From the NCBI GenBank assembly GCA_964016885.1, contig OZ024744.1, positions 10,044,001-10,108,000 of the forward strand: DNA of 64,000 nucleotides, written 5' to 3'. Position numbers and translations under genes: made by a program. Under the pieces are notes generated by a model that made no database searches, had not been told where the DNA came from, and saw only the letters and a program-made list of their open reading frames with translations. This DNA is from Eledone cirrhosa. Taxonomy: Eukaryota. Positions 13,501 through 26,831 of this stretch are shown piece by piece (the stretch's first letter is position 1; each line of letters begins with the position of its first letter).

Positions 13501-13938
13501 AGAGATCCTTTGAATAAGATCTGTCCGAGATGCGTGCATGATGACGAAACCGTTGCGCACGCATTCGTACACTGTCCAGGCATTGCTGACCTGTGGGGCT
13601 ATGTGGAACGACTACTGTCGAGGGTGGGACCAATCCGGTTGACCACCGAGTCCATTGTCACGATCAAACCGCCTCCCCCTTTCAAAAACGAAGGAGAGGC
13701 GGTTTTTCTCTGTGTGATAGCCATGGCTAAAGAAGTTGTATGGTGGGCGAGGCTGAAAGGGCTGAGGTCAGACACCTTTCTCTCCGGCCAACAACTGGTC
13801 CCCTTTTTCAAATACCATTTTAAAAGAAGGATCAGAATGGAGAGAGAGGTGCTCTACCCCAGCAAGTTTTATGAAAGGTGGGTGAAAGTAGGGAGAATGG
13901 CCAGAGTGAATGGGTCTTCTCTCTATATCAGCCTGTAG
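10509..13938 (+). pseudogene. Tx1-type ORF2 (APE endonuclease, reverse transcriptase, C-terminal CCHC)
   Basis: CLNVRGL, GDWN, SYLDR, GYWKLN, KSPGLDGLP, NFRPITLLN, DQSKAFD, RQGCPLS, AYADD, GGLG, CPRC..ET..H...C. An ~11-bp deletion near 10712 and a CGA>TGA stop at 13147 disrupt it. Confidence 0.93.
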
Positions 13939-14174
13939 GTGAAAGAAGAGGAAAAAGAGGAGACGAGGGAAGCACCTACTCTTTGTGCTCCTGAGGAGAA
14001 GGGTTGCACATTTTTTGCGGGGTGTGTGCGACCCATGTTAATTCCCCCTCCCTATTGAGGACTTCGTTTGTTGTTGTTATTTCATTGTTATATTTTTGTA
14101 CTCGTTAATTATATATAAACTTCCCCCTTGTATCTGTCCCTACCTTTTGTGCCCTAGTGGCAAATAAAGAAACC

Positions 14175-14952
14175 ACTCTATATATACTATTGTATGTCCA
14201 CAGTAAAAGTTTACATCACATAATATCTCACATAACATTTACATTACTCTATATATACTATTGTATTTTCACAGTAAAGGCTTTACCTCACAATATCTCA
14301 CATAACATTTACATTACTCTATATATACTATTGTATTTTCACAGTAAAGGCTTTACCTCACATAATATCTCACATAACATTTACATTACTCTATATATAC
14401 TATTGTATTTCCACAGTAAAGGCTTTACCTCACATAATATCTCACATAACATTTACATTACTCTATATTTATTATTGTATTTTCACAGTAAAAGCTTTAC
14501 CTCACATAATATCTCACATAACATTTACATTACTCTATATATACTATTGTATTTTCACAGTAAAGGCTTTACCTCACATAATATCTCACATAACATTTAC
14601 ATTACTCTATATATACTATTGTATTGTCACAGTAAAGGCTTTACCTCACATAATACCTCACATAACATTTACATTACTCTATATATACTATTGTATTTTC
14701 ACAGTAAAGATTTTACATCACATAATATCTCACATAACATTTACATTACTCTATATATACTATTGTATTTTCACAGTAAAGGCTTTACCTCACATTATAT
14801 CTCACATAACATTTACATTACTCTATATATACTATTGTATGTCCACAGTAAAAGTTTACATCACATAACTCACATAACATTTACATTACTCTATATATAC
14901 TGTTGTATTTTCACAGTAAAGGCTTTACCTCACATAATATCTCACATAACAT
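14175..14952 (+). repeat. 72-bp minisatellite array 2 (~11 units)
   Basis: Same unit as array 1; lies between LINE copies 1 and 2. Confidence 0.97.
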
Positions 14953-15163
14953 CTGGTATATGAGAGACGTGTGTTGACGTGTGTGAACAAGCTCGGCTAC
15001 CGAGTTGGATTTACTTACTCAAAAGTTAGTTTTGATTTATTGTTTTTGTACTGTAATACACGTTAACCCCTTGCCTGGGTCGTCAGACTTTGAGTTTATT
15101 TATTTTCGCCCCTTTTTGGGGCGAATTTTACATTAAAAAATTTATTACGGCAAACTGATAGAA

Positions 15164-16953
15164 ATGGACGGAATTTTCACATCTCATCCTAACGAGAAAG
15201 CCACGCCCCCTAAGAAAGGTGATACAGAGAAGCTAGAAGCACAATGCTCTAAGTCTTCCCTCCTCACTTCTGCATAAGAAACATGGAACACGGAATTAAA
15301 AGAAAAATTTGTAAAAATGGGTGAAAGCCCAGAAAGTCACATAAACGCAGACAAAAACAACAATGACAATAACAGCACGACCAACAACAGCAATAGTCAC
15401 AACACCACCCAAGAAAAAAAGGAAAGAAAATAACGATAACACCAAACAAAGCGAACCCACTACTGATGCCTACTTTGCACAGGCGGTCCGAAAATCACAG
15501 ATCTGCAAGCAACTGGACATTACAACTCTGAGAGAAAAGATGAAGGAAGCAAAACAGTATGTAACTTTCAAAGAAGGAGGAGACTTCACAATCACCTCCC
15601 CACAAGAAATGAAAAGAGACACGACACTAACAACGATATCTTTCAGAACAATTTCCAACATAACAAGGAAACCAGCTCAATTATCCCCAAAAGAGATTGA
15701 GCTGGTCCTAAAAAATGTGTGGAGTGATATATCGTTCATACAAAAAGGGCCACTCTATGGGAATATAACGGTGCTAATGAAGGATCAATTGACGGCCAGG
15801 AAATACTCTGTGTCGCCAATTGTTTCCAAGCTACACACATTTTTCCCCACATATTTGGGGAAAAGAACGCAAAAAATAAGAGTCTCCGGAATCCGGCCAA
15901 ATGCATGCATTTCCTGGGTACTAACAGGATTTTTAGAAGACGAGGGCGGAATCCTCTCAATAGGAGAAGTCACCACAAACGTTTTCGGCGGTTTGAGCGT
16001 GGAGGTTCTGGTCCAAATGAGACCAGAACGAATAGCAAGAATACCACAGAGGGTGTCCCTCGATGGAGAAACATTTGTATACATTTCAGCCGAGGGTCCA
16101 TATGTTACTACTGTTCAAGCAGGGGTCATCTAAGGGCTGCCTGTCCTCAATTGACAAAAAAGAGGCTCTTTTGCCTACACCCCACACACCACCACCACCA
16201 CCACCACCACCACCACCACTACTACCACCACCACAACAACAACAAAAACAACAACAACATCAAAAACAACATGAACAAATAACACAAGACACGGTCCCAC
16301 CCAAAACAACTCCAAAAACACACACAAACAAAACAAAACCCCAAAATACACCACTACCCGATAGCACGGACGAGGACCCAGCTGAAACGGCACCTAGTGA
16401 CGAAGAGGGGGAACCCTTCCAACCTGTAAAATGAAAAAAAAGAAAACACCACATGAACATAAACGAAACAAACACACAACCACCAACAAAAACAAAACAA
16501 ACAGAACAAGCAAAATCCACCCCACTCCAAAATATAACACATACAACAACACGCAAGCACACACAAGAACAACAAACAAACACAACACAAATAAAACAGT
16601 ATACATACATTAACACAAATAACAAAGAACTAGTAAAAACAATACCCAAAGACCCTTCGGTGGAAACTGAAGGGCAATTCTTTGCAAGCGCGGCCAACAA
16701 ACCGCATTTAAAAATGATAAGACTCCCAATGGACACCTATGCAAAACTAAGAGAGAACTTTCCTGAGGACGTGGGGAAAACATGTACTCGACCCTATAAC
16801 CGCGTCCTCTTGAAACGTTTCCCCGCCCACACCCAAGACACCCACACCTCACCAAACACCCCCAACCCACCACAGAACAACACCCCACCAAACAACCCCT
16901 CCAATACGCCAATGGATATTGTGCAACCTGTTCCTCAGAAGCCGAACAGGTAG
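15164..16953 (+). pseudogene. Tx1-type ORF1, copy 2, several frameshifts and stops
   Basis: Pieces 15363-16133, 15905-16282, 16063-16434 and 16453-16953. Confidence 0.85.
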
Positions 16954-16974
16954 GTCCTTCCTCTTTTAACCAAC

Positions 16975-19900
16975 ATGGCTGATATAAGAGTTGGGTGTCT
17001 GAATGTACGCGGCCTGGGTCTGTCTTGGAAACAAGGCAAACTTTTAAACGATCTCAGGTCGCATAGAATGGATGTAATGGCTATTTGCGAGTCCAGGATC
17101 AGCAGCGAGCACCAACTGGCGCCCCTCTTCGACGACTTTGAGATCTTCGCATCTCTCTGTCAACCGGGGGGTGGGGGTGGAGTTGTCGTTCTGCTGCGAA
17201 AACACCTGGGCCTCGCCATACAGAAGGTGCACCTGGACCCGGAGGGTCGACTGGTGGTTTTAGACGTCGGCAGTAGTGAAAGTGGAGCCCTTTGACTAAT
17301 TGCTGTGTACGCCCCTTTTTGGGCAGCGCGACCGGACTACTTCCAACGTCTGGAAACTTTTCTGGGAACGTCCCGTTCCTTGCTTTTAGTGGGGGACTGG
17401 AATGGTATCCTGGATGCACGTTGGGACTATGTATGGGCATGTGCCACTAGAGGGGGGTGTAAAAGCCTCAAAAGGTTAATCGGCCGATTTGACCTGGCCG
17501 ATAGATATCGACTAGATTTTCCGACTGTACCACTATAGACGTGGACCAATCTCAGCGGAACATCTAGGTCGTACCTAGATAGGGTCCTAGTTAGAGATAA
17601 GGATAAGGACACATTTAGCTGTCCAAAAATGTTCATGGTTGACTATTCGGATCACAAGTTAGTGACCTGCATAGTCAACCTTGATAGAACCCATAGACAG
17701 GGACCCGGTTACTGGAAGCTGAACTTGTCCTTACCGAGAAGCAAAGCTTACAGTAAACGGATTAGCACGTTAGTTAAGTAGAGTTTGACAGGGGAAATTG
17801 TCAACAACAGGTGGTGGAGCTCTCTTAAGAGAGCAATTAGAATAGAATCGATAGGTTTTAGTTAGGAATTAGCAAGGGATAGGAACAAGACGGAAAGGGA
17901 ATTAGTAGATAGAGTAGAAGAGGCGATTAGGAGTGGAAATGTAGCCAGCATGCTGGCACCAAGAATGGGCTTAGACCAGTTATTTGATGTGAAGCACGAG
18001 GGCTGCGTTGTCAGGAGTAAAATACGTGCTCTGGGTAATGAGAGAGCCAAAGCTGTTAGCTGGGCCCGAGTGAGAGAGGCAAAAAGTGGGAACAAGTCCA
18101 CGATTCGGTCTTTGAAGGACCAGGATGGGCGTGTGATCCTTGAACCTGGGCAGATGTGTGCGGCCTTTCAGCGGCACGTTGCACGACTGTTCGGGAGGGG
18201 CGGCGCTCCGGGTGAGACTATGGATTTCAATCCATACCTCGACGGTCTGCCGCGCCTCTCGGACGGGGAGGCGAAGTCATGCGAAAGGCCGATTTCAGCT
18301 GCTGAGATAGGGGCGGCACTGAGCCAATGCGGCAAACGCAAATCCCCGGGTCTCGATGGTCTACCATACGAGCTATATGTAGCGATGCCGGACTTGTTCT
18401 CCGATATCCTCGAAGCGGTCTACTGCAACTGGCAGCAGAACGGGAGAATTCCCAGTTCTGTGGCCAAGGGCGCAGTTACGCTGGTGAGGAAGGATGAGAA
18501 CAAGGGGGATGACATAAGTAACTTCAGGCCCATAGCTCTGCTAAATGCAGAGTTAAAGATTTTGGCCAAGGTGTTAGCGAAGAGGTTGGCGCCTGTCCCC
18601 GGAAACCTGGTGGGAGAAGCGCAGACATGCGCAATCCCGTCCAGGTCCATTCACGACAATCTCCACCTTATGCGATACATCATAGAGAGGGTAGGGAATG
18701 AACCCGGCTTTGGTGGGGCCCTGATCAACTTGGATCAGTCTAAAGCTTTCGATAGGGTTGACCATCGTTACCTGGATGCGGTGCTCGCGGCGGCAGGCTT
18801 CGGACCCGTTTTCAGGGGTTGGATTGCTGCGATGCACAGCAGCAACGTCTGCTCAAGGGTCAAGGTGAACGGCCACCTCTCGGAGCCGTTCCAAATCGTG
18901 CGATCCATCCGACAGGGATGCCCTCTCTCCTCCCTTCTGTATGTGCTGGCTCTTGAGCCACTACTGCGGAAGTTGGAGCGGTTGCAGGGCATCCCTTTGG
19001 AACCGGGATTGCAGAAAGCGGCGTCGGCCTACGCCGATGACGTGACAGTAATGGTGTCGAGAATCTCGCACATCGGTGAGATCGGCACCTTACTGGAGGA
19101 ATATGAAAGGTTTACAGGAGCCAAGCTGAACCTGGACAAGTCCGTCGGTTTGCAACTCGGAACATGGAGAGGCAAACTGATGCCCTCCAATGTCGTCGTC
19201 TGACGCTGGACGGAGGGCCCGTTGAAGCTGCTTGCGGTCTGGTTCGGACCAGACCTCCAGGTGGAGAAAAACTGGAACGAAGTAACGGCCAGGGTGTTTG
19301 CACTCACCCAGAAGTGGGCCCAGTGCAAACTATCCCTGAAAGGTCTAGCTGAGGTGGCGAACGCTTATATAGCATCCGTCATCTACTACCGCTTGACCGT
19401 CGTGCCTTGCCCAGTGAAAAGACTCGCCAAAATGGAGTGCGCGCTGTTCCAATTTCTTTGGAACAAGCGGACCCCTTTGGTGAGGAGATCCATCTGCTGT
19501 CAACACCCTTCGAAAGGAGGGCTGGGGATGCCGTGGCTACAGATGCGTAAACACGCATTAAGGCTACGGCACCTCCAGGTATTCCTCACCGGTCAACCGG
19601 TGTGGGCCCCGTTTGTGAGGCGAGCCTTTCCCAGACTCGTCTCGCTCACCGCGCTGCAATCCTGGGTCAAGCAAAGACCGAGAAAAGTGGGCGACTGGCA
19701 CATTGAATGTGCCCAGGCGCTCACGGCCCTCTGCAAAGCGGACCCGGCAATCAGTGGAGACTCCACCTCGACATTCTATAGAGGGTTGGTACGCAGCAGG
19801 TGCGACGATGCTCTCGGAGAAGCTCTAGGCATGGAGGAAGATGAACTGGCCAGTCTGTTCGGTAGGACATTTGGCCCTGGACCGATGGACAACTTCCAAA

Positions 19901-20412
19901 AGTCCCTGGCTTGGCAGTGCTACCGAGGGGCTCTACCCGTTCGAGACAAGCTCCACAGGCATGGGAGCCTGGGTAGTGATCCTTTGAATAAGATCTGTCC
20001 GAGATGCGTGCATGACGACGAAACCGTTGCGCACGCATTCGTACACTGCCCAGGCATTGCTGACCTGTGGGGCTATGTGGAACGACTACTGTCGAGGGTG
20101 GGACCAATCCGGTTGACCACCGAGTCCATTGTCACGATCAAACCGCCTCCCCCTTTCAAAAACGAAGGAAAGGCGGTTTTTCTCTGTGTGATAGCCATGG
20201 CTAAAGAAGTTGTATGGTGGACGAAGCTGAAAGGGCTGAGGTCATACACCTTTCTCTCCGGCCAACAACTGGTCCCCTTTTTCAAATACCATTTTAAAAG
20301 AAGGATCAGAATGGAGAGAGAGGTGCTCTACCCCAGCAAGTTTTATGAAAGGTGGGTGAAAGTAGGGAGAATGGCCAGAGTGAATGGGTCTTCTCTCTAT
20401 AGCAGCCTGTAG
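16975..20412 (+). pseudogene. Tx1-type ORF2, copy 2, multiple in-frame stops
   Basis: Pieces 16975-17295, 17305-17538, 17950-19203 and 19222-20412 with the same APE/RT motifs. Confidence 0.92.
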
Positions 20413-20647
20413 GTGAAAGAAGAGGAAAAAGAGGAGACGAAGGAAGCACCTACTCTTTGTGCTCCTGAGGAGAAGAGTTGCACATTTTTTCCGGGGTATG
20501 TGCGACCCATGTTAATGCCCCCTCCCTATTGAGGACTTCGTTTGTTGTTGTTATTTCATTGTTATATTTTTGTACTCGTTAATTATATGTAAACTTCCCC
20601 CCTTGTATCTGTCCCTACCTTTTGTGCCCTGGTGGCAAATAAAGAAA

Positions 20648-21206
20648 TTACTCTATATATACTATTGTATTTTCACAGTAATGTCTTTACCTCACATAAT
20701 ATCTCACATAACATTTACATTACTCTTTATATACTATTGTATTTTCACAGTAAAGGCTTTACCTCACATAATATCTCACATAACATTTACATTACTCTTT
20801 ATATACTATTGTATTTTCACTGTAAAGGCTTTACCTCACATAACATTTACATTACTCTATATATACTATTGTATTTTGCCAGTAAAGGTTTTACCTCACA
20901 TAATATCTCACACAGCATTTACATTACTCTATATTTACTATTGTATTTTCACAGTAAAGGCTTTACCTCACATAATATCTCACATAACATTTACATTACT
21001 CTATATATACTATTGTATTGTCACAGTAAAGGCTTTACCTCACATAATATCTCACATAACATTTACATTACTCTATATATACTATTGTATTGTCACAGTA
21101 AAGGCTTTACCTCACATCATACCTCACATAACATTTACATTACTCTATATATACTATTGTATTTTCACAGTAAAGGCTTTACCTCACATAATATCTCACA
21201 TAACAT
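20648..21206 (+). repeat. 72-bp minisatellite array 3 (~8 units, one 60-bp variant)
   Basis: Same unit; lies between LINE copies 2 and 3. Confidence 0.97.
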
Positions 21207-21415
21207 CTCGTATACGAGAAACGCGTGTTGACGTGTGTGAACAAGCTCGGCTACCGCGTCGGATTTACTTACTCAAAAGTGAGTTTTGATTAATTTTTTA
21301 TACTGTAATATACGTTAACTCCTTGCCTTGGTCGTCAAACTTTGAGTTTATTTATTTTCGCCCCTTTTTGGGGCGAATTTTCCAGTTAAAAATTTATTAC
21401 AGCAAACTAATAGAA

Positions 21416-23152
21416 ATGGACGGAATTTTCACATCTCATCCTAACGTGAAAGCCACGCCCCCTAAGAAAGGTGATACAGAGAAGCGAGAAGCACAAGGCT
21501 CTAAGTCTTCCCTCCTCACTTCTGCAAAAGAAACATGGAACACGGAATTAAAAGAAAAATTTGTAAAAATGAGTGAAAACCCAGAAAGTCACATAAACGC
21601 AGACAAAAACAACAACGACAATAACAGCAATAGTCACAACACCAACCAAGGAAAAAATAACGATAACACCAAACAAAACGAACCCACTACTGGTGCCTCC
21701 TTTGCACAGGCGGTCCGGAAAACACAAACCTGCAAGTAACTGGACATTACAACTCTGAGAGAAAAGATGAAGGAAGCGAAACAGTATGTAACTTTCAAAG
21801 AAGGAGGAGACTTCACAATCACCTCCCCACAAGAAATCAAAAGAGACACGACGCTAAGAACGATATCTTTCAGAACAATTTCCAACATAACAAGGAAACC
21901 AGCTCAATTATCCCAAAAAGAGATGGAGTTGGTCCTAAAAAATGTGTGGAGTGATATATCGTTCATACAAAAAGGGCCACTCTATGGGAATATAACGGTG
22001 CTAATGAAAGATCAATTGACGGCCAGGAAATACTGTGTGTCGCCAATTGTTTCCAAGCTACACACATTTTTCCCCACATATTTGGGGAAAAGAACGCAGA
22101 AGATAAGGGTCTCCGGAATCCGGCCAAATGTATGCATTTCCTGGGTACTAACAGGATTTTTAGAAGACGAGGACGGAATCCTCTCAGTAGGAGAAGTCAC
22201 CACAGACGTTTTCGGCGGTTTGAGCGTGGAGGTTCTGGTCCAAATGAGACCAGAACGAATAGCTAGAATACCACAGAGGGTGTCCCTCGATGGAGAAACA
22301 TTTATATATATTTCAGCCGAGGGTAGGAGGCCCATATGTTACTACTGTTCAAGCAAGGGTCATCTAAGGGCTGCTTGTCCTCAATTGACAAAAAAAGGCT
22401 CTTTTGCCTACACCCCACACACCACCACCGCCACCACCACCACAACCACCTCCACCACCACCACCACAACAACAACAAAAACAACACGGAAAAATAACAC
22501 AAGACACGGCCCCACCCAAAACAACTCCCAAAACACACACAAATACAACAAAACCCCAAAATACACCACTACCCGACAGCACGGACGAGGACCCAGCGGA
22601 AACGGCACCTAGTGACGAAGAGGGGGAACCCTTCCAACATGTAAAAAGGAAAAAAAGAAAGCAGCACTCGAACATAAACGAAACAAACACACAACCACCA
22701 ACAAAAACAAAACAAACAGAACAAACAAAATCCGCCCCACCCCAAAACATAACACATACAACAAAACGTAAGCACACACAAGAACAACAAACAAACACAA
22801 CACAAATAAAACAGTATACATACATTAACACAAATAACAAAGAACTAGTAAAAACAATACACAAAGACCCTTCGGTGGAAACTGAAGGGCAATTCTTTGC
22901 AAGCGCGGCCAACAAACCGCATTTAAAAATGATAAGACTCCCAATGGACACCTATGCAAAACTAAGAGAGAACTTTCCTGAGGACGTGGGGAAAACATGT
23001 ACTCGACCCTATAACCGCGTCCTCTTGAAACGTTTCCCCACCCACATTCACCAAACACACCCACTCCACCACAGAACAACACCCCACCAAACAACCCCTC
23101 CAATACGCCCATGGATATTGTGCAACCTGCTCCTCAGGAGCCGAACAGGTAG
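21416..23152 (+). pseudogene. Tx1-type ORF1, copy 3 (stop at 21737, frameshift after the knuckle)
   Basis: Pieces 21323-21739, 21767-22612 and 22404-23168. Confidence 0.85.
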
Positions 23153-23173
23153 GTCCTTCCTCTTTTAACCAAC

Positions 23174-26100
23174 ATGGCTGATATAAGAGTTGGGTGTCTG
23201 AATGTACGTGGCCTGGGACTGTCTTGGAAACAAGGCAAACTTTTAAACGATCTCAGGTCGCATAGAATGGATGTAATGGCTATTTGCGAGTCCAGGATCA
23301 GCAGCGAGCACCAACTGGCGCCCCTCTTCTACGACTTTGAGATCTTCGCATCTCTCTGTCAACCGGGGGGTGGGGGTGGAGTTGTCGTTCTGCTGCGAAA
23401 ACACCTGATCCTCGCCATACAGAAGGTGCACCTGGAACCGGAGGGTCGACTGGTGGTTTTAGACGTCGGCAGTAGTGAAAGTGGAGCCCTTAGACTAATA
23501 GCTGTGTACACCCCTTTTTGGGCAGCGCGGCCGGAATACTTCCAACGTCTGGAAACTTTTCTGGGAACGTCCCGCTCCTTGCTTTTAGTGGGGGACTGGA
23601 ATGGTATCCTGGATGCACGTTGGGACTATCTAGGGGCATGTGCCAATAGAGGGGGGTGTAAAAGCCTCAAAAGGTTAATCGGCCGATTTGACCTGGCCGA
23701 TAGATATCGACTAGATTTTCCGACTGTACCACTATGGACGTGGACCAATCGTAGCGGAACATCTAGGTCGTACCTAGATAGGGTCCTAGTTAGAGAGAAG
23801 GATAGGGACACATTTAGCTGTCCAAAAATGTTCATGGTTGACTATTCGGATCACAAGTTAGTGACCTGCATAGCCAACCTTGATAGAACCCATAGACAGG
23901 GACCCGGTTACTGGAAGCTGAACTTGTCCTTACCGAGAAGCAAAGCTTACAGTAAACGGATTAGCACGTTAGTTAAGCAGAGTTTGACAGGGGCAATTGT
24001 CAACAACAGGTGGTGGAGCTCTCTTAAGAGAGCAATTAGAATAGAATCGATAGGTTTTAGTCAGGAATTAGCAAGGGATAGGAACAAGACGGAAAGGGAA
24101 TTAGTAGATAGAGTAGAAGAGGCGATTAGGAGTGGCAATGTAGCCGGCGTGCTGGCATCAAGAATGGCCTTAGACCAGTTCTTTGAGGTGAAGCATGCAG
24201 GCTGCGTTGTCAGGAGTAAAATACGTGCTCTGGGTAATGAGGGAGCCAAAGCTGTGAGCTGGGCCCGAGTGACAGAGGCAAAAAGTGGGAACAAGTCCAC
24301 GATTCGGTCTTTGAAGGACCAGGATGGGCGTGTGATCCTTGAACCTGGGCAGATGTGTGCGGCCTTTCAGCGGCACTTTGCACGACTGTTCGAGAGGGGC
24401 GGCGCGCCGGCTGAGACTATGGATTTCAATCCATACCTCGACGGTCTGCCGCGCCTCTCGGACGCGGAGGCGAAGTCCTGCGAAAGGACGATTTCAGCTG
24501 CTGAGATAGGGGCGGCGCTGAGCCAATGCGGCAAACGCAAATCCCCGGGTCTCGATGGTCTACCATACGAGCTATATGTAGCGATGCCGGACTTGTTCTC
24601 CGATATCCTCGAAGCGGTCTACTGCAACTGGCAGCAGAACGGGAGAATTCCCAGTTCTGTGACCAAGGGCGTAGTTACGCTGGTGAGGAAGGATGTTAAC
24701 AAGGGGGATGACATAAGTAACTTCAGGCCCATAGCTCTGCTAAATACAGAGTTAAAGATGTTGGCCAAGGTGTTAGCGAAGAGGTTGGCGCTTGTCATTG
24801 GAAACCTGGTGGGAGAAGCGCAGACATGCGCAATCCCGTCCAGGTCCATTCACGACAATCTCCACCTTATGCGATACATCATAGAGAGGGTAGGGAATGA
24901 ACCCGGCTTTGGTGGGGCCCTGATCAACTTGGATCAATCTAAAGCTTTCGATAGGGTTGACCATCGTTACCTGGATGCGGTGCTCGCGGCGGCAGGCTTT
25001 GGACCCGTTTTCAGGGGTTGGATTGCTGTGATGCACAGCAGCAACGTCTGCTCAAGGGTCAAGGTGAACGGCCACCTCTCGGAGCCATTCCAAATCATGC
25101 GATCCATCCGACAGGGATGTCCTCTCTCCTCCCTACTGTATGTTGCTGGCTCTTGAGCCACTACTGCGGAAGTTGGAGCGGTTGCAGGGCATCTCTTTGG
25201 AACCGGGATTGCAGAAAGCGGCGTCGGCCTACGCCGATGACGTGACAGTAATGGTGTCGAAAACCTCGCAAATCGGTGAGATCGGCACCTTACTGGAGGA
25301 ATATGAAAGGTTTACAGGAGCCAAGCTGAACCGGGACAAGTCCGTCGGTTTGCAACTCGGAACATGGAGAGGCAAACCGATGCCCTCCAACGACGTCGTC
25401 GGACGCTGGACGGAGGGCCCGGTGAAGCTGCTTGGGGTCTGGTTCGGACCAGACCTCCAGGTGGAGAAAAACTGGAACGAGGTAACGGCCAGGGTGTTTG
25501 CACTCACCCAGAAGTGGGCCCAGTGCAAACTATCCCTGAAAGGTCGAGCGGAGGTGGCGAATACTTATATAGCATCCGTCATCTACTACCGCTTGACCGT
25601 CGTGCCTTGCCCAGTGAAAAGACTCGCCAAAATGGAGTGCGCGCTGTTCCAATTTCTTTGGAACAAGCGGACCCCTTTGGTGAGGAGATCCATCTGCTGT
25701 CAACACCCTTCGAAAGGAGGGCTGGGGATGCCGTGGCTACAGATGCGTAAACACGCATTAAGGCTACGGCACCTCCAGGTATTCCTCACCGGTCAACCGG
25801 TGTGGGCCCCGTTTGTGAGGCGAGCCTTTCCCAGACTCGTCTCGCTCACCGAGCTGCAATCCTGGGTCAAGCAAAGACCGAGAAAAGTGGGCGACTGGCA
25901 CATTGAATGTGCCCAGGCGCTCACGGCCCTCTGGAAAGCGGACCCGGCAATCAGTGGAGACTCCACCTCGACATTCTATAGAGGGTTGGTACGCAGCAGG
26001 TGCGACGATGCTCTCGGAGAAGCTCTAGGCATGGAGGAAGATGAACTGGCCAGTCTGTTCGGTAGGACGTTTGGCCCTGGACCGATGGACAACTTCCAAA

Positions 26101-26594
26101 AGTCCCTGGCTTGGCAGTGCCACCGAGGGGCTCTACCCATTCGAGACAAGCTCCACAGGCATGGGAGCCTGGGTAGAGATCCTTTGAATAAGATCTGTCC
26201 GAGATGCGTGCATGATGACGAAACCGTTGCGCACGCATTCGTACACTGCCCAGGCATTGCTGACCTGTGGGGCTATGTGGAACGACTACTGTCGAGGGTG
26301 GGACCAATCCGGTTGACCACCGAGTCCATTGTCACGATCAAACCGCCTCCCCCTTTCAAAAACGAAGGAGAGGCGGTTTTTCTCTGTGTGATAGCCATGG
26401 CTAAAGAAGTTGTATGGTGGACGAGGCTGAAAGGGCTGAGGTCAGACACCTTTCTCTCCGGCCAACAACTGGTCCCCTTTTTCAAATACCATTTTAAAAG
26501 AAGGATCAGAATGGAGAGAGGGGTGCTCTACCCCAGCAAGTTTTATGAAAGGTGGGTGAAAGTAGGGAGAATGGCCAGAGTGAATGGGTCTTAG
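23174..26594 (+). pseudogene. Tx1-type ORF2, copy 3 (one +1 frameshift near 25143, small 3' deletion)
   Basis: ORFs 23174-25156 and 25140-26594 join to a near-complete APE-RT-Zn finger protein. Confidence 0.93.
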
Positions 26595-26831
26595 GTGAAA
26601 GAAGAGGAAAAAGAGGAGACGAGGGAAGCACCTACTCTTTGTGCTCCTGGGGAGAAGGGTTGCACATATTTTTCGGGGTGTTTGCGACCCATGTTAATGC
26701 CCCCTCCCTATTGAGGACTTCGTTTGTTGTTGTTATTTCATTGTTATATTTTTGTACTCGTTAATTATATGTAAACTTCCCCCCTTGTATCTGTCCCTAC
26801 CTTTTGTGCCCTAGTGGCAAATAAAGAAACC

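Larger units (their letters stand above)
8543..14172 (+). mobile_element. Tx1-type (L1 group) non-LTR retrotransposon, full-length copy 1
   Basis: 5' UTR, ORF1 with CCHC knuckle, ORF2 APE-RT-Zn finger, 3' UTR ending aataaagaaa; near-identical to copies 2 and 3. Confidence 0.93.
14953..20647 (+). mobile_element. Tx1-type LINE, full-length copy 2 (most divergent)
   Basis: Colinear with copy 1 from the 5' end (ctggtatatgagagacgtg) to aataaagaaa. Confidence 0.93.
21207..26829 (+). mobile_element. Tx1-type LINE, full-length copy 3
   Basis: Colinear with copy 1 from ctcgtatacgaga to aataaagaaa. Confidence 0.93.

Noticed and set aside
9640-13811. Antisense and alternate-frame ORFs across the LINE copies
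   Set aside because: Shadow ORFs of low-complexity or GC-rich coding sequence; their recurrence just reflects copy identity.
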